A DNA stretch of 63,928 nt, counting the filler, from Octopus bimaculoides (Eukaryota), in NCBI RefSeq assembly GCF_001194135.2. It is 7 parts of 5 records of this genome, joined end to end, with 100 filler letters (N's around TTAATTAATTAA, not from the genome) between each part and the next. Parts side by side here need not be neighbours in the genome. Positions count along the whole stretch, not along the records: positions 1 to 13,680 come from NC_068989.1; 6 more parts are not named here. One strand, 5' to 3'. Below the pieces are notes generated by a model. That model was not told the DNA's origin. It made no database searches and saw only the letters and a program-made list of their open reading frames with translations. A program made the translations under genes and the position numbers. Positions 1 through 11,169 of the stretch are shown here, one piece after another; the stretch's first letter is position 1; each line of letters starts with the position of its first letter.

Positions 1-112
1 GGCGATAGTAGTTTTGTATCTAATGGCGATAGGTAGTTTCACTACAAATGTATGTATATTTATATATGTATATATGTGTTGTGTGTGCATGTGCACACGT
101 ATATGTGTATGC

Positions 113-156
<44 letters not shown>

Positions 157-158
<2 letters not shown>

Positions 159-506
159 CTTTTCAGTCATTTGACTGCAGCCATGCTGGAGCACCATCTT
201 TAGTTGAACAAATCAATCCCAGGACTTATTCTTTGTAAACCTAGTACTTATTCTATCAGTTTCTTTTACTGAACTGCTAGGTTACAGGAACGTAAACACA
301 CCAACACCGGTTGTCAGGTGATGGTGATGGGGACAAACACACAGACACACACACACACACACGATGGGCTTCTTTCAGTTTCTGTCTACCAAATCCACTC
401 ACAATTCTTTGGTTGGCCCGAGGCTATAGTAGAAGACACCTTGCCCTAGGTGTCATGCAGTGGAACTGAACCCAGCTACTTACCACACACCCACTCCTGC
501 ACTTGT
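157..506 (-). mobile_element. SINE family A (tRNA-derived, internal microsatellite), near full length
   Basis: Reverse complement of the family-A copy at 1915-2382: tail TTTCAGTCATTTGACTGC, internal (CA)n, and head motifs GAAGACACCTTGCCCTAGGTGTCATGCAGTGGAACTGAACCC. Confidence 0.85.
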
Positions 507-883
507 ATATAATATATATATATATATATANNNNNNNNNNNNNNNNNNNNNNNNNNNNNNNNNNNNNNNNNNNNNNNNNNNNNNNNNNNNNNNNNNNNNN
601 NNNNNNNNNNNNNNNNNNNNNNNNNNNNNNNNNNNNNNNNNNNNNNNNNNNNNNNNNNNNNNNNNNNNNNNNNNNNNNNNNNNNNNNNNNNNNNNNNNNN
701 NNNNNNNNNNNNNNNNNNNNNNNNNNNNNNNNNNNNNNNNNNNNNNNNNNNNNNNNNNNNNNNNNNNNNNNNNNNNNNNNNNNNNNNNNNNNNNNNNNNN
801 NNNNNNNNNNNNNNNNNNNNNNNNNNNNNNNNNNNNNNNNNNNNNNNNNNNNNNNNNNNNNNNNNNNNNNNNNNNNNNNNNNN

Positions 884-1320
884 NTCTCCTTCTCGGCCGC
901 CCATCCTCCTCATCAACTTCCACCTCTCCCATATTGCTGTTGTCGTCCTCCTCCTCGTCCTCTTCCTCCTCTTCCTCCTCCTCCTCCTCTTCCTCCTCCT
1001 CCTCTTCCTCTTCCACCCCCTCGTCCTCTTCTACCTCCTCCTCGTCCTCCCCGTCCTCTTCCTCCTCCTCCTCGTCCCCTTCCACCTCGTCCTCTTCCAC
1101 CTCGTCCTCTTCCACTTCGTCCTCTTCTTCTTCCTTCTCGTCCTCTTCCACCTCCTCCTCGTCCTCTTCCACCTCGTCCTCTTCCTCTTCCTCCTCGTCC
1201 TCTTCCACCTCCTCTTCGTCCTCCTCGTCCTCTTCCTCCTCCTCCTCGTCCTCTTCCACCTCGTCCTCTTCCACTTCGTCCTCTTCCTCTTCCTCCTTGT
1301 CCTCTTCCTCCTCCTTGTCA
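884..1320. repeat. Pyrimidine-rich TCC/TCT/TCG trinucleotide block with a recurring 15-nt unit TCGTCCTCTTCCACC
   Basis: Read directly from the sequence. It generates the poly-Ser, poly-Pro and poly-Glu/Asp ORFs in the track. Confidence 0.9.
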
Positions 1321-1914
1321 CCATATTTACTGTCATAGTCATTGCTGGCATCTATATTGGTAGTGGCAGTGATGCTGTCATCATTGTAACTGCATTGATT
1401 GTCGTCATCACCTTCACCATCATCAACGTGTTTAATGTCATCCTCTTCATTATTGTCGTCGTTGTAGTCATCGTCATCATCATCATCATTATCATCAACA
1501 TAATAACTACATTTATTACCCCCATCACCAACATCATTTATTTAAAAATGTTTACTGTACACTGTTAGATACTGTGTTGGTGCTCAATCACTCTCTTATA
1601 TCTGGCCATAGTCATCCATAGTGCCCCCACCCTCCTTGCACCCTAACCTTTGGTAACGAGGCATGTTGGTTCCATCACTGTTGGTGCCCTGGGGTCTTTC
1701 AATTGCCTTTGATGTTCTTGCATGTCTTTATTTCAAACAAGATGTTTTTCAGAACACAAATTGTGTTAATTTCTGGTTAATTTCTCAGACATGTCTATCT
1801 GTCTGTCTGTCTGCCTGCTGCTGTTTAACTATGTCTCTTTGACTGTCTGTCTGTTTGTCTCTTTCTGGCTTTCTGTCTGACTCTCTCTCTTTCTCTCTGT
1901 GTGTTACATTTGCA

Positions 1915-2089
1915 TATAGGCGCAGGAGTGGCTGTGTGATAAGTAGCCTGCTTACCAACCACATGGTTCCGGGTTCAGTGCCACTGCGTGGCACCTTGGG
2001 CAAGTGTCTTCTACTATAGCCTCGGGCCAACTAAAGCCTTGTGAGTGGATTTGGTAGACGGAAACTGAAAGAAGCCCGTCGTATATATG

Positions 2090-2164
<75 letters not shown>

Positions 2165-2382
2165 TTGTGTGCCTGTGTTTGTCCCCCCACCATCTCGTGA
2201 CAACCGATGCTGGTGTGTTTACGTCCCTGTAATGTAGTGGTTCGGCAAAAAGAGACTGATAGAATAAGTACTAGGCTTACAAAGAATAAGTCCTGGGGTC
2301 AGTTTGCTCGACTAAAGGCTGTGCTCCAGCATGGCCGCAGTCAAATGACTGAAACAAGTAAAAGAGTAAAAGAGTAAAGAGT
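1915..2382 (+). mobile_element. SINE family A, full length
   Basis: tRNA-like head (GGCGCAGGAGTGGCTGTGTG..., B-box-like GGTTCAGTGCC), ACCTTGGGCAAGTGTCTTC, internal (TA)n, and tail ending in AAAAGAGT repeats. More than ten related copies occur in the window. Confidence 0.9.
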
Positions 2383-2414
2383 ATATACCAGGGAAAAATC
2401 AGGGTCTCTACATT

Positions 2415-3200
2415 GTGACAACCATTGTGATACCCCTTCACTTCGATCTAATACCACTGTTATTCCTCACCACCATTCACCACCACCACTACTACTGTTG
2501 CTACCATCTTCGATCTCATCAGTCAGCATCACCATCGTCACCATCTCACTGCTTATGGTTGTCATCATCATTATCCTTATCATCATCATCATCATCATTG
2601 TCCTCATTTTCATAGATCAAAACCAGTACTGTTGCTATTCAAGTCACCACCACCACCACCAACACCACCAACAACACTAACACCATTACACTTCCAACAT
2701 TATTACCACCACCACCACCACCACCACCACCACCACCACCACCACCNNNNNNNNNNNNNNNNNNNNNNNNNNNNNNNNNNNNNNNNNNNNNNNNNNNNNN
2801 NNNNNNNNNNNNNNNNNNNNNNNNNNNNNNNNNNNNNNNNNNNNNNNNNNNNNNNNNNNNNNNNNNNNNNNNNNNNNNNNNNNNNNNNNNNNNNNNNNNN
2901 NNNNNNNNNNNNNNNNNNNNNNNNNNNNNNNNNNNNNNNNNNNNNNNNNNNNNNNNNNNNNNNNNNNNNNNNNNNNNNNNNNNNNNNNNNNNNNNNNNNN
3001 NNNNNNNNNNNNNNNNNNNNNNNNNNNNNNNNNNNNNNNNNNNNNNNNNNNNNNNNNNNNNNNNNNNNNNNCAACACCATCATCATCAGTCATTATCATC
3101 AATGTTGGTCATAATGTTTGTTGTTACAGTCACCACCACCAAAACCACCACCACCACCATCACTACCACCACCACCACCACCACCACCACCACCACAACC
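2415..3200. repeat. CAC/CAT trinucleotide low-complexity region spanning a gap
   Basis: (CAC)n and (CAT)n tracts read directly. Confidence 0.85.
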
Positions 3201-3554
3201 ACCTTCATCACTGGTTGTAGGCATCCTAGCTGGGTATCAGTTACTTAATGTCTGTCATTATCACTTCCTGTAGTAACACTTTTTAAAAACAGAAAAGCGG
3301 GACTTCAAGAATTCCAACACTAAAAATAGCTGAAATTCGTAAACTGACAGAGAAAATGGGTGGGAAAAAGAGAAGAAAAAAGAGAAAAGAAAAAGTGGAA
3401 TATACAAATATACATATAAATAAAAAAACAAATATTTGTTATGAACCACATGATAGGAACAGTAAAAGTGAAAACTGACTTTTTCATATTTGCATTGGTT
3501 ATTGCAATGCCCCCCCCTTCTCCTGTATACACGTGTGTGTGTGTGTGTGTGTGT

Positions 3555-3960
3555 GCAGGAGTGGTTGTGTGGTAAGAAGTTTGCATCCTGATTTCATGGT
3601 TTTTTTGTTCAGTTCCACAGTGTGGCACCTTGGGCAAGTGTTTTCTGTTCTAACCTCAGGTCAACCAAAGCTTTGAAAATGGATTTGGTAGATGGAAACT
3701 GAAAGAAGCCCATTGTGTGTGTGTGTGTGTGTTTCCTTGTCTTGATGTTGTGTGATAGTTGTAAATAAGTGTCTCTGTCTAACAAGCAGTGTCATTTATT
3801 TCCAATATTCTGCAAGAACATGTCTGACCATGCAGGGAATATTATTTCACCTGAAAAACAGGTGAGGGTTAGCAACAGCAAGGGCATCTGGCCCTAGAAA
3901 ATCTGCGTCAGATAAACTCTATGCAAGGATAGAAAAGTAGACATTAAATTGTGATAATAA
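3555..3960 (+). mobile_element. SINE with a family-A head and a different (family-C-like) 3' part
   Basis: 3555-3712 matches the family-A head; the downstream part contains AAGGGCATCTGGCCCTAGAAAATC, resembling the family-C tail motif AAGGGCATCCAGCTGTAGAA. Confidence 0.55.
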
Positions 3961-3969
3961 AATAATCAT

Positions 3970-4004
<35 letters not shown>

Positions 4005-4019
4005 AGATGTGTATCCCTG

Positions 4020-5407
4020 CTACCCCAAAAATGGATACACATGCACAATGAATGATTACAAAGTCATTTTTTTTTTCATCAGAATAGATTTCATTTTCAA
4101 AATTAATTAGACTCTACTGACAGAAATTAATTTTTTTATGAATTGTGTGTTTTCAAACTGATGATAGTGTTGGTCTGTATACACTGTAAAGTGGTTGGCA
4201 TTAAGAAGGGCATCCAGCTGTAGAAGCCAAGCTGAAACAGACAATTGGAGCCTTGTGCTGTCTCTGGCCTTCCCAGCTCCTGTCAAGTATCCAACCCATG
4301 TCAGCATAGAAAACAGATGTTAAATGATGATGATGATGATGAATGGAATTGCAGATATCAAGCAACATTTCATTCGGTCTTTATGCATTCTTGTTCAATA
4401 GTTGTCTTCAGTTTGTCAACTGTTGGTGGTTTTGTATTGTAAGCTTTATCTGTTAAGCAGCTCTATAAAAATAAACTCTAGTGGTATGAAGAGTGGTGAA
4501 CATGGACGGTTTTCTGTTGAACTTTTTCTCAAAGTTTCAAGGTAGGCTCTGACATTGCTGTGGTAGTAAGGGAGTGCTCAATCTTGCTGGAAATAAAACA
4601 TGACATCTTTAAAGTCCTCTTGAATCCTTAGCATCATAGACTGTCATAGCAAGTTTAAATAATCGAAAACCAGTTATACTAGTGTAAAAATAAAGAATGG
4701 TCCAATTAATCCTTTTGATGATAAGCTGCACCATACTCTTTACTCCTAGTTAATTAACATGATGGTCCTTCTTCATAAGGTGGATTCTCAGGTTTCCAGT
4801 AGGAGCAATTGTGGTTGATTGAGCCATTTAATTTAAATGTAACCAAACAATCATTGTTAGAAAGTGTACCTCTATCTTCTTCATGTCACGTCAAGTACCG
4901 CTTGCAAGACTCCACTCTTTTATCTGGTTCATCTTCATTGAGAGCTTGGATTATTTTTGGAATGTAACCTTTCCAATGTCAACAGTTTGAAATGCAATGC
5001 ACAGCTGATTCTGAAATTCCTATCTCTTGGACTCACTACACACATTTACTTGAATTCTGGCAATACATTTTTTGTACTTTTTCTTGGCTTTGTGGGTATT
5101 ATTGATGTCTGTGGTTCCAGAAGATATCTTGTGGACATTCTGAACAGTACCTTTTGCTTCAAACTTATCTCTTATTCAAGTGGCAGTAAGTTGCATAAAT
5201 GAATCTGTTTGAAACCCTCTCTCCTAAACTGTCTTCGTGCTTCAACTGGATTTTCAAAATACCAGAAGCACTTTAGGATATATTTCCTTTGTTCAGAGCT
5301 TAATATGGCTTCCTTCATTCTTTCTAATAGGCTAAATCTAAAAAAAAATAAAATTAAAATTGACTTATCAAGCTGTTAAAATGTGTATATATTTTTGGGA
5401 CACACTG
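4020..5407 (-). mobile_element. Decayed Tc1/mariner-superfamily DNA transposon (DUF4817-type transposase), near full length
   Basis: End CAGTGTGTCCCAAAA next to TA (5408-5409). Minus-strand translation across frameshifts gives ILSSEQRKYILKCFWYFENPVEARRQFRRE, EIGISESAVH, HNCSYWKPENP, RVWCSLSSKGLIGPFF, FYFQQD and DKAYNTKPPTVDKLKTTIEQEC, in the order expected for this family. Interrupted by a SINE tail at 4180-4342. The left boundary is approximate. Confidence 0.75.
4180..4342 (+). mobile_element. SINE family C 3' tail ending in (GAT)n, inserted in the Tc1/mariner relic
   Basis: GGTTGGCATTAAGAAGGGCATCCAGCTGTAGAA...AACCCATGTCAGCATAGAAAACAGATGTTAAATGATGATG; same motif as the reverse complement of 10968-11106. 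Confidence 0.8.
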
Positions 5408-6139
5408 TATGTGTGTGTAAATAAATAAAGTACCAGTTAAGCACTAGGGTGGAGATAATTGACTAAGCTTCCAGATTTGTGACTTTGTGCCTATGTAAGA
5501 AACCTTTATTTTTTCCTAACAAAAAATGGGCAATAATGGTTTGACAGAATTGGTAGAGCAGGGGTCAAATTGCCTTTCTATATTTAGTCATTCTGTTGTT
5601 TCTCTTTATGTTCTGAATTCAAATCTTGCAGAGGCCAATGCTGCTTTTTATCTTTCCAGGCGGTGCAGTAATTCAAAATATCATTCACATACTGGTGTCA
5701 CTATGCTCAACCATACCTCTCTATTGTTCTTTCTTTCTTTCTTTCACCATGATCAGGTTGCTGCTAAAAGACCTAAAAATTTTCTGCTCATGCTTCGTCA
5801 GAGCTGTTTCTTTTGTGCTGAATAGTATCTCCTGTGCATTTTGGGACCGAAAACACTTGATGCAGTATGTATTATTGCACTACATCCTCAGTTTGCCCTG
5901 CCGAATTACCAACCTTAGCGTAATACCATTCTCCGAACCCCCTTCCATGATTGGTCTCTCCTCCCTGTCAATTACCTGTCATAACAAAATAAATCTTTTT
6001 TTTTCCAAACCTCATTAGTGATTGGTTTGTTCTCTCCTTCTCTTTACCTCCACCACCAATTCCTTAGAAATTAAATGTTATTGACAGTAGATACAAACTA
6101 GAGTAATCTTCTTAATCCTGTTGATTAAACTACATCTGC

Positions 6140-6492
6140 ACCAGTAGTAGTAGTACAGTGGTAGTAGTACAATAGCAGCAGTTGTAGTAGTAGCAACAGT
6201 AGTAATTGTAATAAAACAGTTGTACTAGTACAATAATGTAGTAGTAGTTATAGTAATAGTATTAGTCATAGTATAGTATTAGTACTAATAAAAGCAAATT
6301 GCTGTCATTGTTGTTGTCATCATCGTAGTAGTAGTAGTAGCAGCAAGAGGAGCAGCAGCAGCAGTAGTTGTAGTAGTAGCAGTAGTAGTTGTAAAACAGT
6401 TGCACTAGTACAGTAATGTAGTAGTAGTAGTAGTAGTGGTAGTATAGTTTTAGTACTAATAAAAGCTAATTACTGATGTTGTTGTTGTTGTT

Positions 6493-6530
<38 letters not shown>

Positions 6531-6540
6531 AGTAGTAGTA
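6140..6540. repeat. (GTA/GCA/CAT)n microsatellite with an internal ~180-bp tandem duplication
   Basis: TAAAACAGTTG(T/C)ACTAGTACA...TAGTACTAATAAAAGC recurs at about 6212 and 6392. Confidence 0.75.
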
Positions 6541-6835
6541 GTTTAGTCTTTATATCACTCAAATTGAGCTAACTTACGATGGATACCATTCCAGCCATGC
6601 ATGACCATCACATCTGTTATTCAGATGCAGTGTATCTAGGACTGCAGCATCCAAGATATCTTGCCTTTGGCCAGGGGCGGGTGTGGGGCTGCTCTTTCTA
6701 GCAGGTTGAGAGACCACTTACAGCTCCTTTGCTGGCTCACATTGACTATGTATCTATCCAGGAGTGATGGAGAACTTCGATGTAATACAATGCCAGAGTC
6801 ACCCTTTTGCTGTAACCTAACTGTAGTCCAGTAAA

Positions 6836-7168
6836 GGCGCATGGCTCAGTGGTTAGAGCATCGAGCTTATGCTCGCGAGGTTGTGAGCTCGAATCCTGGA
6901 CCGGGCTGCGTGTTGTGTTCTTGAGCAAGACACTTTATTTCACGTTGCTCCAGTTCACTCAGCTGTAGAAATGAGTTGCGACGTCACAGGTGCCAAGCTG
7001 TATCGGCCCCTTTGCCTTTCCCTTGGATAACACTGGTGGCGTGGAGAGGGGAGGCCGGTATGCATGGGCGACTGCTGGTCTTCCATAAACAACCTTGCCC
7101 GGACTTGTGCCTGAGAGGGTAACTTTCTAGGTGCAATCCCATGGTCAGTCATGACCGAAGGGGGTCTC
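6836..7168 (+). mobile_element. tRNA-derived SINE (family E), well preserved
   Basis: A-box TGGCTCAGTGG and B-box-like GCTCGAATCC, followed by a non-tRNA body (TTGAGCAAGACACTT...). CpG-rich relative to the flanks. Confidence 0.8.
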
Positions 7169-7269
7169 AGCTCAGTTCAAATCTTATTGAAATCAGAATG
7201 TATCCTTTAGCTTTTGATTTATACACGAGTTGAAGTGGAAGAACTTTAAGCAGGCTAGACAAAATGCTT

Positions 7270-7672
7270 TTTGTTTTTCTTTTACTTGTTTCAGTCATTT
7301 GACTGTAGCCATGCTGGAGCACCACCTTGAAGGGTTTTAGTAAAACAAATTGACCACAGGACTTTTTTTTTTTTTTAAATGCCGAGTACTTATTCTGTCG
7401 GTCTCTTTTGCCGAACTGCTAGGTTATGGGGATGTAAACATGCCAACAACATTTGTCAAGCAGTAGTGGCGGGGAGTGGGGGGAGTTACAAACAAAGACA
7501 TACATACACACACACACAGTGGGCTTCTTTCAGTTTCCGCCTACCAAATCCACTCAACAAGGCTTTGGTCAGCTTGAGGCTATAGTAGAAGACACTTGCC
7601 CTAGGTGCCATGTACCTGGAACCATGAGGTTGGGAAGCAAGCTTCTTACCACACAGCCACACCTGCGCGCTT
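7270..7672 (-). mobile_element. SINE family A inserted into a family-B SINE
   Basis: Family-A sequence flanked by ATGCTT at 7264-7269 and 7673-7678; family-B sequence continues on both sides. Confidence 0.8.
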
Positions 7673-7858
7673 ATGCTTAGTGGAGTTTTCTTTGACTCTA
7701 TGTTCTGAGTTCAAATGCTACCAAGGTCAACTTTACTTCTGATCCTGTTGGGGGTTGATGAAATAAAGTATTGGTTGAGCACAGGGGTTGATATGATCGA
7801 CTTGCTCTCCTCCTCCCCCTAAAATTGCTGGTCTTGTGCCAGAATTTGAAACCCTGTA
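7673..7858 (+). mobile_element. SINE family B, 3' portion (5' piece at about 7235-7269)
   Basis: GTTCTGAGTTCAAAT, GGTCAACTTT and GGGGTTGATATGATCGACTT match other family-B copies, e.g. 57940-58170. Confidence 0.7.
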
Positions 7859-8025
7859 TAATTAGTCAGAGGAGAAAAAGAAGAGCATCTGTGGTATGTG
7901 CAGGGCCTCGAGGACTTGTGAAAGAAGAAAGATCTATAAGTGATGGCTTATGAAGTTGCTGTAAAGGGAAGCTGTGCATCACCGCATCGAATTATCTTCA
8001 TGCCAGACATCAAAGACCTGGTCTG

Positions 8026-8254
8026 AAAGCTAAACACACCAAAGGACCTTGTATTAGTGTAAAACCAGTTGATATGGATTAATTAACGGATAATTAAAAG
8101 CTAAACACACTAAAGGGCTATGTATTAGTGTTAAACCAGTTAGCTGGATTAATTAATGGATTAATTAATTGATGGATTAATTAAAAGTTAAACACACCAA
8201 AGGGCCATGTATAAGTGTAAAACCAGTCGAGATGGATTAATTAATGGATTAACC
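8026..8254. repeat. Three-unit minisatellite (71-87 bp units)
   Basis: Units start AAAG(C/T)TAAACACAC at about 8026, 8097 and 8184, each followed by GTAT(T/A)AGTGT(A/T)AAACCAGT and GGATTAATTAA. Confidence 0.9.
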
Positions 8255-8499
8255 AACAGAGAACAACTATTGTCTGACAGGTTTCTGTATAGTTTCTTCC
8301 TACTTGCTCTCAATTAGAAGATTTGGGTTGACTCAAGGCTATGTGGTGGTGATGATGGTGGAGGACCGTGGTAAAAGGCACTTACCCTTGCTCAAAGTGC
8401 TGTGCAATGGAATTGGATCTTTCAAAGGCAAAGAAAACTTCTGTTTAGCCATGCATCCAGTTTTGAAGAATTGAATTAGAATTGCTTTGATCTGCTGTC

Positions 8500-9190
8500 T
8501 TTTACTTGTTTCAGTCATTAGACTGTGGTCATGCTGGGGCACTGCCTTGAAGAGGTTTTAGTTGAACGAATTGACCCTAGTATATATTTTTTTTATCATG
8601 ATACTTATTCTGCTAATTTATGGGGACATAAACACACCAACACTGGTTGTCAAGCAGTGGTGGGTGACAAACACAGACACAAAGATGCACACACATAGGT
8701 GGCGCAATGGCCCAGTGGTTAGGGCAGTGGACTTGCGGTTGGAAGATCGCAGTTTTGATTCCCAGACCGGGCGTTGTGTGTGTTTATTGAGCGAAGACTG
8801 CTAAAGCTCCATGAGGCTCCGGCAGGTGATGGTGGCGACCCCTGTTGTACTCTTTCGCCCCAACTTTCTTTCACTCTTTCTTCCTGTTTCTTGAGTAACG
8901 CTGCGATGGACTGGTGTCCCGTCCAGCTGGGGGGAACACATACACCATAGAAACCGGAAAACTGGGCCCATGAGCCTGGCTAGGCTTGAAAAAAAAGGCG
9001 CATAAATAAATAAATAATATATACGACGGGCTTCTTTCGGTTAACATTTACCAAATCCCCTCACAAGGCTTTGGTTGGCCCAAGGCTATTATAGTAAAAG
9101 ACATTTGCTCAAGATGCCATGCAGTGGGACTGAACCCAGAGCCATGTTGTTGGGAAGCAAACTTCTTACCACACAGCTGTCTCTGCGTCT
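8500..9190 (-). mobile_element. SINE family A split by a nested SINE
   Basis: Tail half at 8500-8697 and head half at 9018-9190, both matching family A. Confidence 0.8.
8698..9017 (+). mobile_element. tRNA-derived SINE (family D) nested in SINE A
   Basis: A-box TGGCCCAGTGG, B-box-like GTTTTGATTCC, internal GCGATGGACTGGTGTCCCGTCCAG resembling the V-domain of V-SINEs (recalled similarity, unverified), and an (AAAT)n tail. Confidence 0.8.
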
Positions 9191-9599
9191 CTTAAGAAAA
9201 ATTTGCCATAAACACAGGCTAATGTCCTCTCTACATGTGTGTGTGTGTATTTGTGTGTGGTCTCTTAGCTGTCTAACACTTTAAAGAACGGTGAAAGGCT
9301 TCAATACACTTCTTGATATTGGCAGTGGGATGGGGGGAGGGGAGAACACCCCCACCCATCCCAAAAAACTCCAAATAAAAAAGAACGACAAAATACAAAA
9401 GAAGACAAAGAAAAATTATGGTTGTTGGGTGGGACAGAAGAAAAATAAAATAAGTGAATAATTAAATCAACTTTCTATAATTTAATTTCTTCTACAAGTT
9501 CGTTTATTCAGTAGTAACCCAGATTTTTTTCTTTTATCTGTTAATTAATTTATTAAATATTTTTTTTTGCCAGAAACAACCAGGTTAAGTTCTTTGTAC

Positions 9600-9629
9600 C
9601 TCTCACTCTCTCTCCTCTCTCTCTATCCC

Positions 9630-9695
<66 letters not shown>

Positions 9696-10416
9696 NNNNN
9701 NNNNNNNNNNNNNNNNNNNNNNNNNNNNNNNNNNNNNNNNNNNNNNNNNNNNNNNNNNNNNNNNNNNNNNNNNNNNNNNNNNNNNNNNNNNNNNNNNNNN
9801 NNNNNNNNNNNNNNNNNNNNNNNNNNNNNNNNNNNNNNNNNNNNNNNNNNNNNNNNNNNNNNNNNNNNNNNNNNNNNNNNNNNNNNNNNNNNNNNNNNNN
9901 NNNNNNNNNNNNNNNNNNNNNNNNNNNNNNNNNNNNNNNNNNNNNNNNNNNNNNNNNNNNNNNNNNNNNNNNNNNNNNNNNNNNNNNNNNNNNNNNNNNN
10001 NNNNNNNNNNNNNNNNNNNNNNNNNNNNNNNNNNNNNNNNNNNNNNNNNNNNNNNNNNNNNNNNNNNNNNNNNNNNNNNNNNNNNNNNNNNNNNNNNNNN
10101 NNNNNNNNNNNNNNNNNNNNNNNNNNNNNNNNNNNNNNNNNNNNNNNNNNNNNNNNNNNNNNNNNNNNNNNNNNNNNNNNNNNNNNNNNNNNNNNNNNNN
10201 NNNNNNNNNNNNNNNNNNNNNNNNNNNNNNNNNNNNNNNNNNNNNNNNNNNNNNNNNNNNNNNNNNNNNNNNNNNNNNNNNNNNNNNNNNNNNNNNNNNN
10301 NNNNNNNNNNNNNNNNNNNNNNNNNNNNNNNNNNNNNNNNNNNNNNNNNNNNNNNNNNNNNNNNNNNNNNNNNNNNNNNNNNNNNNNNNNNNNNNNNNNN
10401 NNNNNNNNNNNNNNNN

Positions 10417-10451
<35 letters not shown>

Positions 10452-10510
10452 CATTCTTCCTTTCTTTCTTTCTTCCTTTCTTTCTTCCTTCCTTTCTTTC
10501 TCTCTCTTTC
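9600..10510. repeat. (CT)n / (CTTT)n microsatellite spanning a gap
   Basis: Read directly. Confidence 0.9.
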
Positions 10511-10967
10511 ACCCCCTCCCTGTTGTGTGTCTGTATGGTTGTGTGCATCTTGTTATTTCATCTGAGTATTAACCCCCCCCCCAAAAAAAAACCAGTGTCA
10601 TATTTATATTTCTAGTGAACACCATGTCCTGGAACTCTGTATTTTTGAAGTAGTGGAACAAAAATGCCTTTACTTGTGAAACGGGGAAAGGGTTGATGAT
10701 AAGAATAAGTACTCATCTAACCCATGCTAGCAAAGAAAAACAGATGTAAAACAAACAAATGAGCATGGAGGATAATATAAGATTTCAGCATGTGAAAAGG
10801 TGTTTTTAGTAAGTTAGTTACTTCATTAGTCCTATGGTAATTCTGTCTGGGTGCTTTTACTCTGGTAATATCAGCTAATACAATTAAATACAATGCAGTT
10901 AGGGGTAGATCTTTCTTTTAAAACCATCTGATAAAAACAATGGATATGTTTTAATCTTATTAGATCT

Positions 10968-11106
10968 CATCATCATCATCATCGTTTAACGTCCGCTTTC
11001 CATGCTAGCATGGGTTGGACGATTTGACTGAGGACTGGTGAACCAGATGGCTGCATCAGGCTCCAGTCTGATTTGGCAGAGTTTCTACAGCTGGATGCCC
11101 TTCCTA
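10968..11106 (-). mobile_element. SINE family C 3' part
   Basis: CATCATCATCGTTTAACGTCCGCTTTCCATGCTAGCATGGGTTGGACG..., near-identical to 13451-13600. Confidence 0.85.
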
Positions 11107-11169
11107 ACGCCAACCACAGAGATAATCACAATGCATGCATGCATGAATGGATGATTGATAGGTTTGTCT

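Noticed and set aside
460-1363. Long poly-Ser, poly-Pro and poly-Glu/Asp ORFs
   Set aside because: All frames are open simply because the TCC/TCT repeat lacks stops, and they run through an N-gap. There are no splice signals or non-repetitive coding sequence.
5626-6018. 130-aa ORF with unique-looking sequence
   Set aside because: There is no recognisable domain on either strand, and it starts inside a degenerate SINE B head; unsupported as a gene.
6836-6910. tRNA-like sequences here and at 8698-8775
   Set aside because: They continue into SINE bodies and lack a clean cloverleaf and T-run terminator, so they are SINE heads and not tRNA genes.
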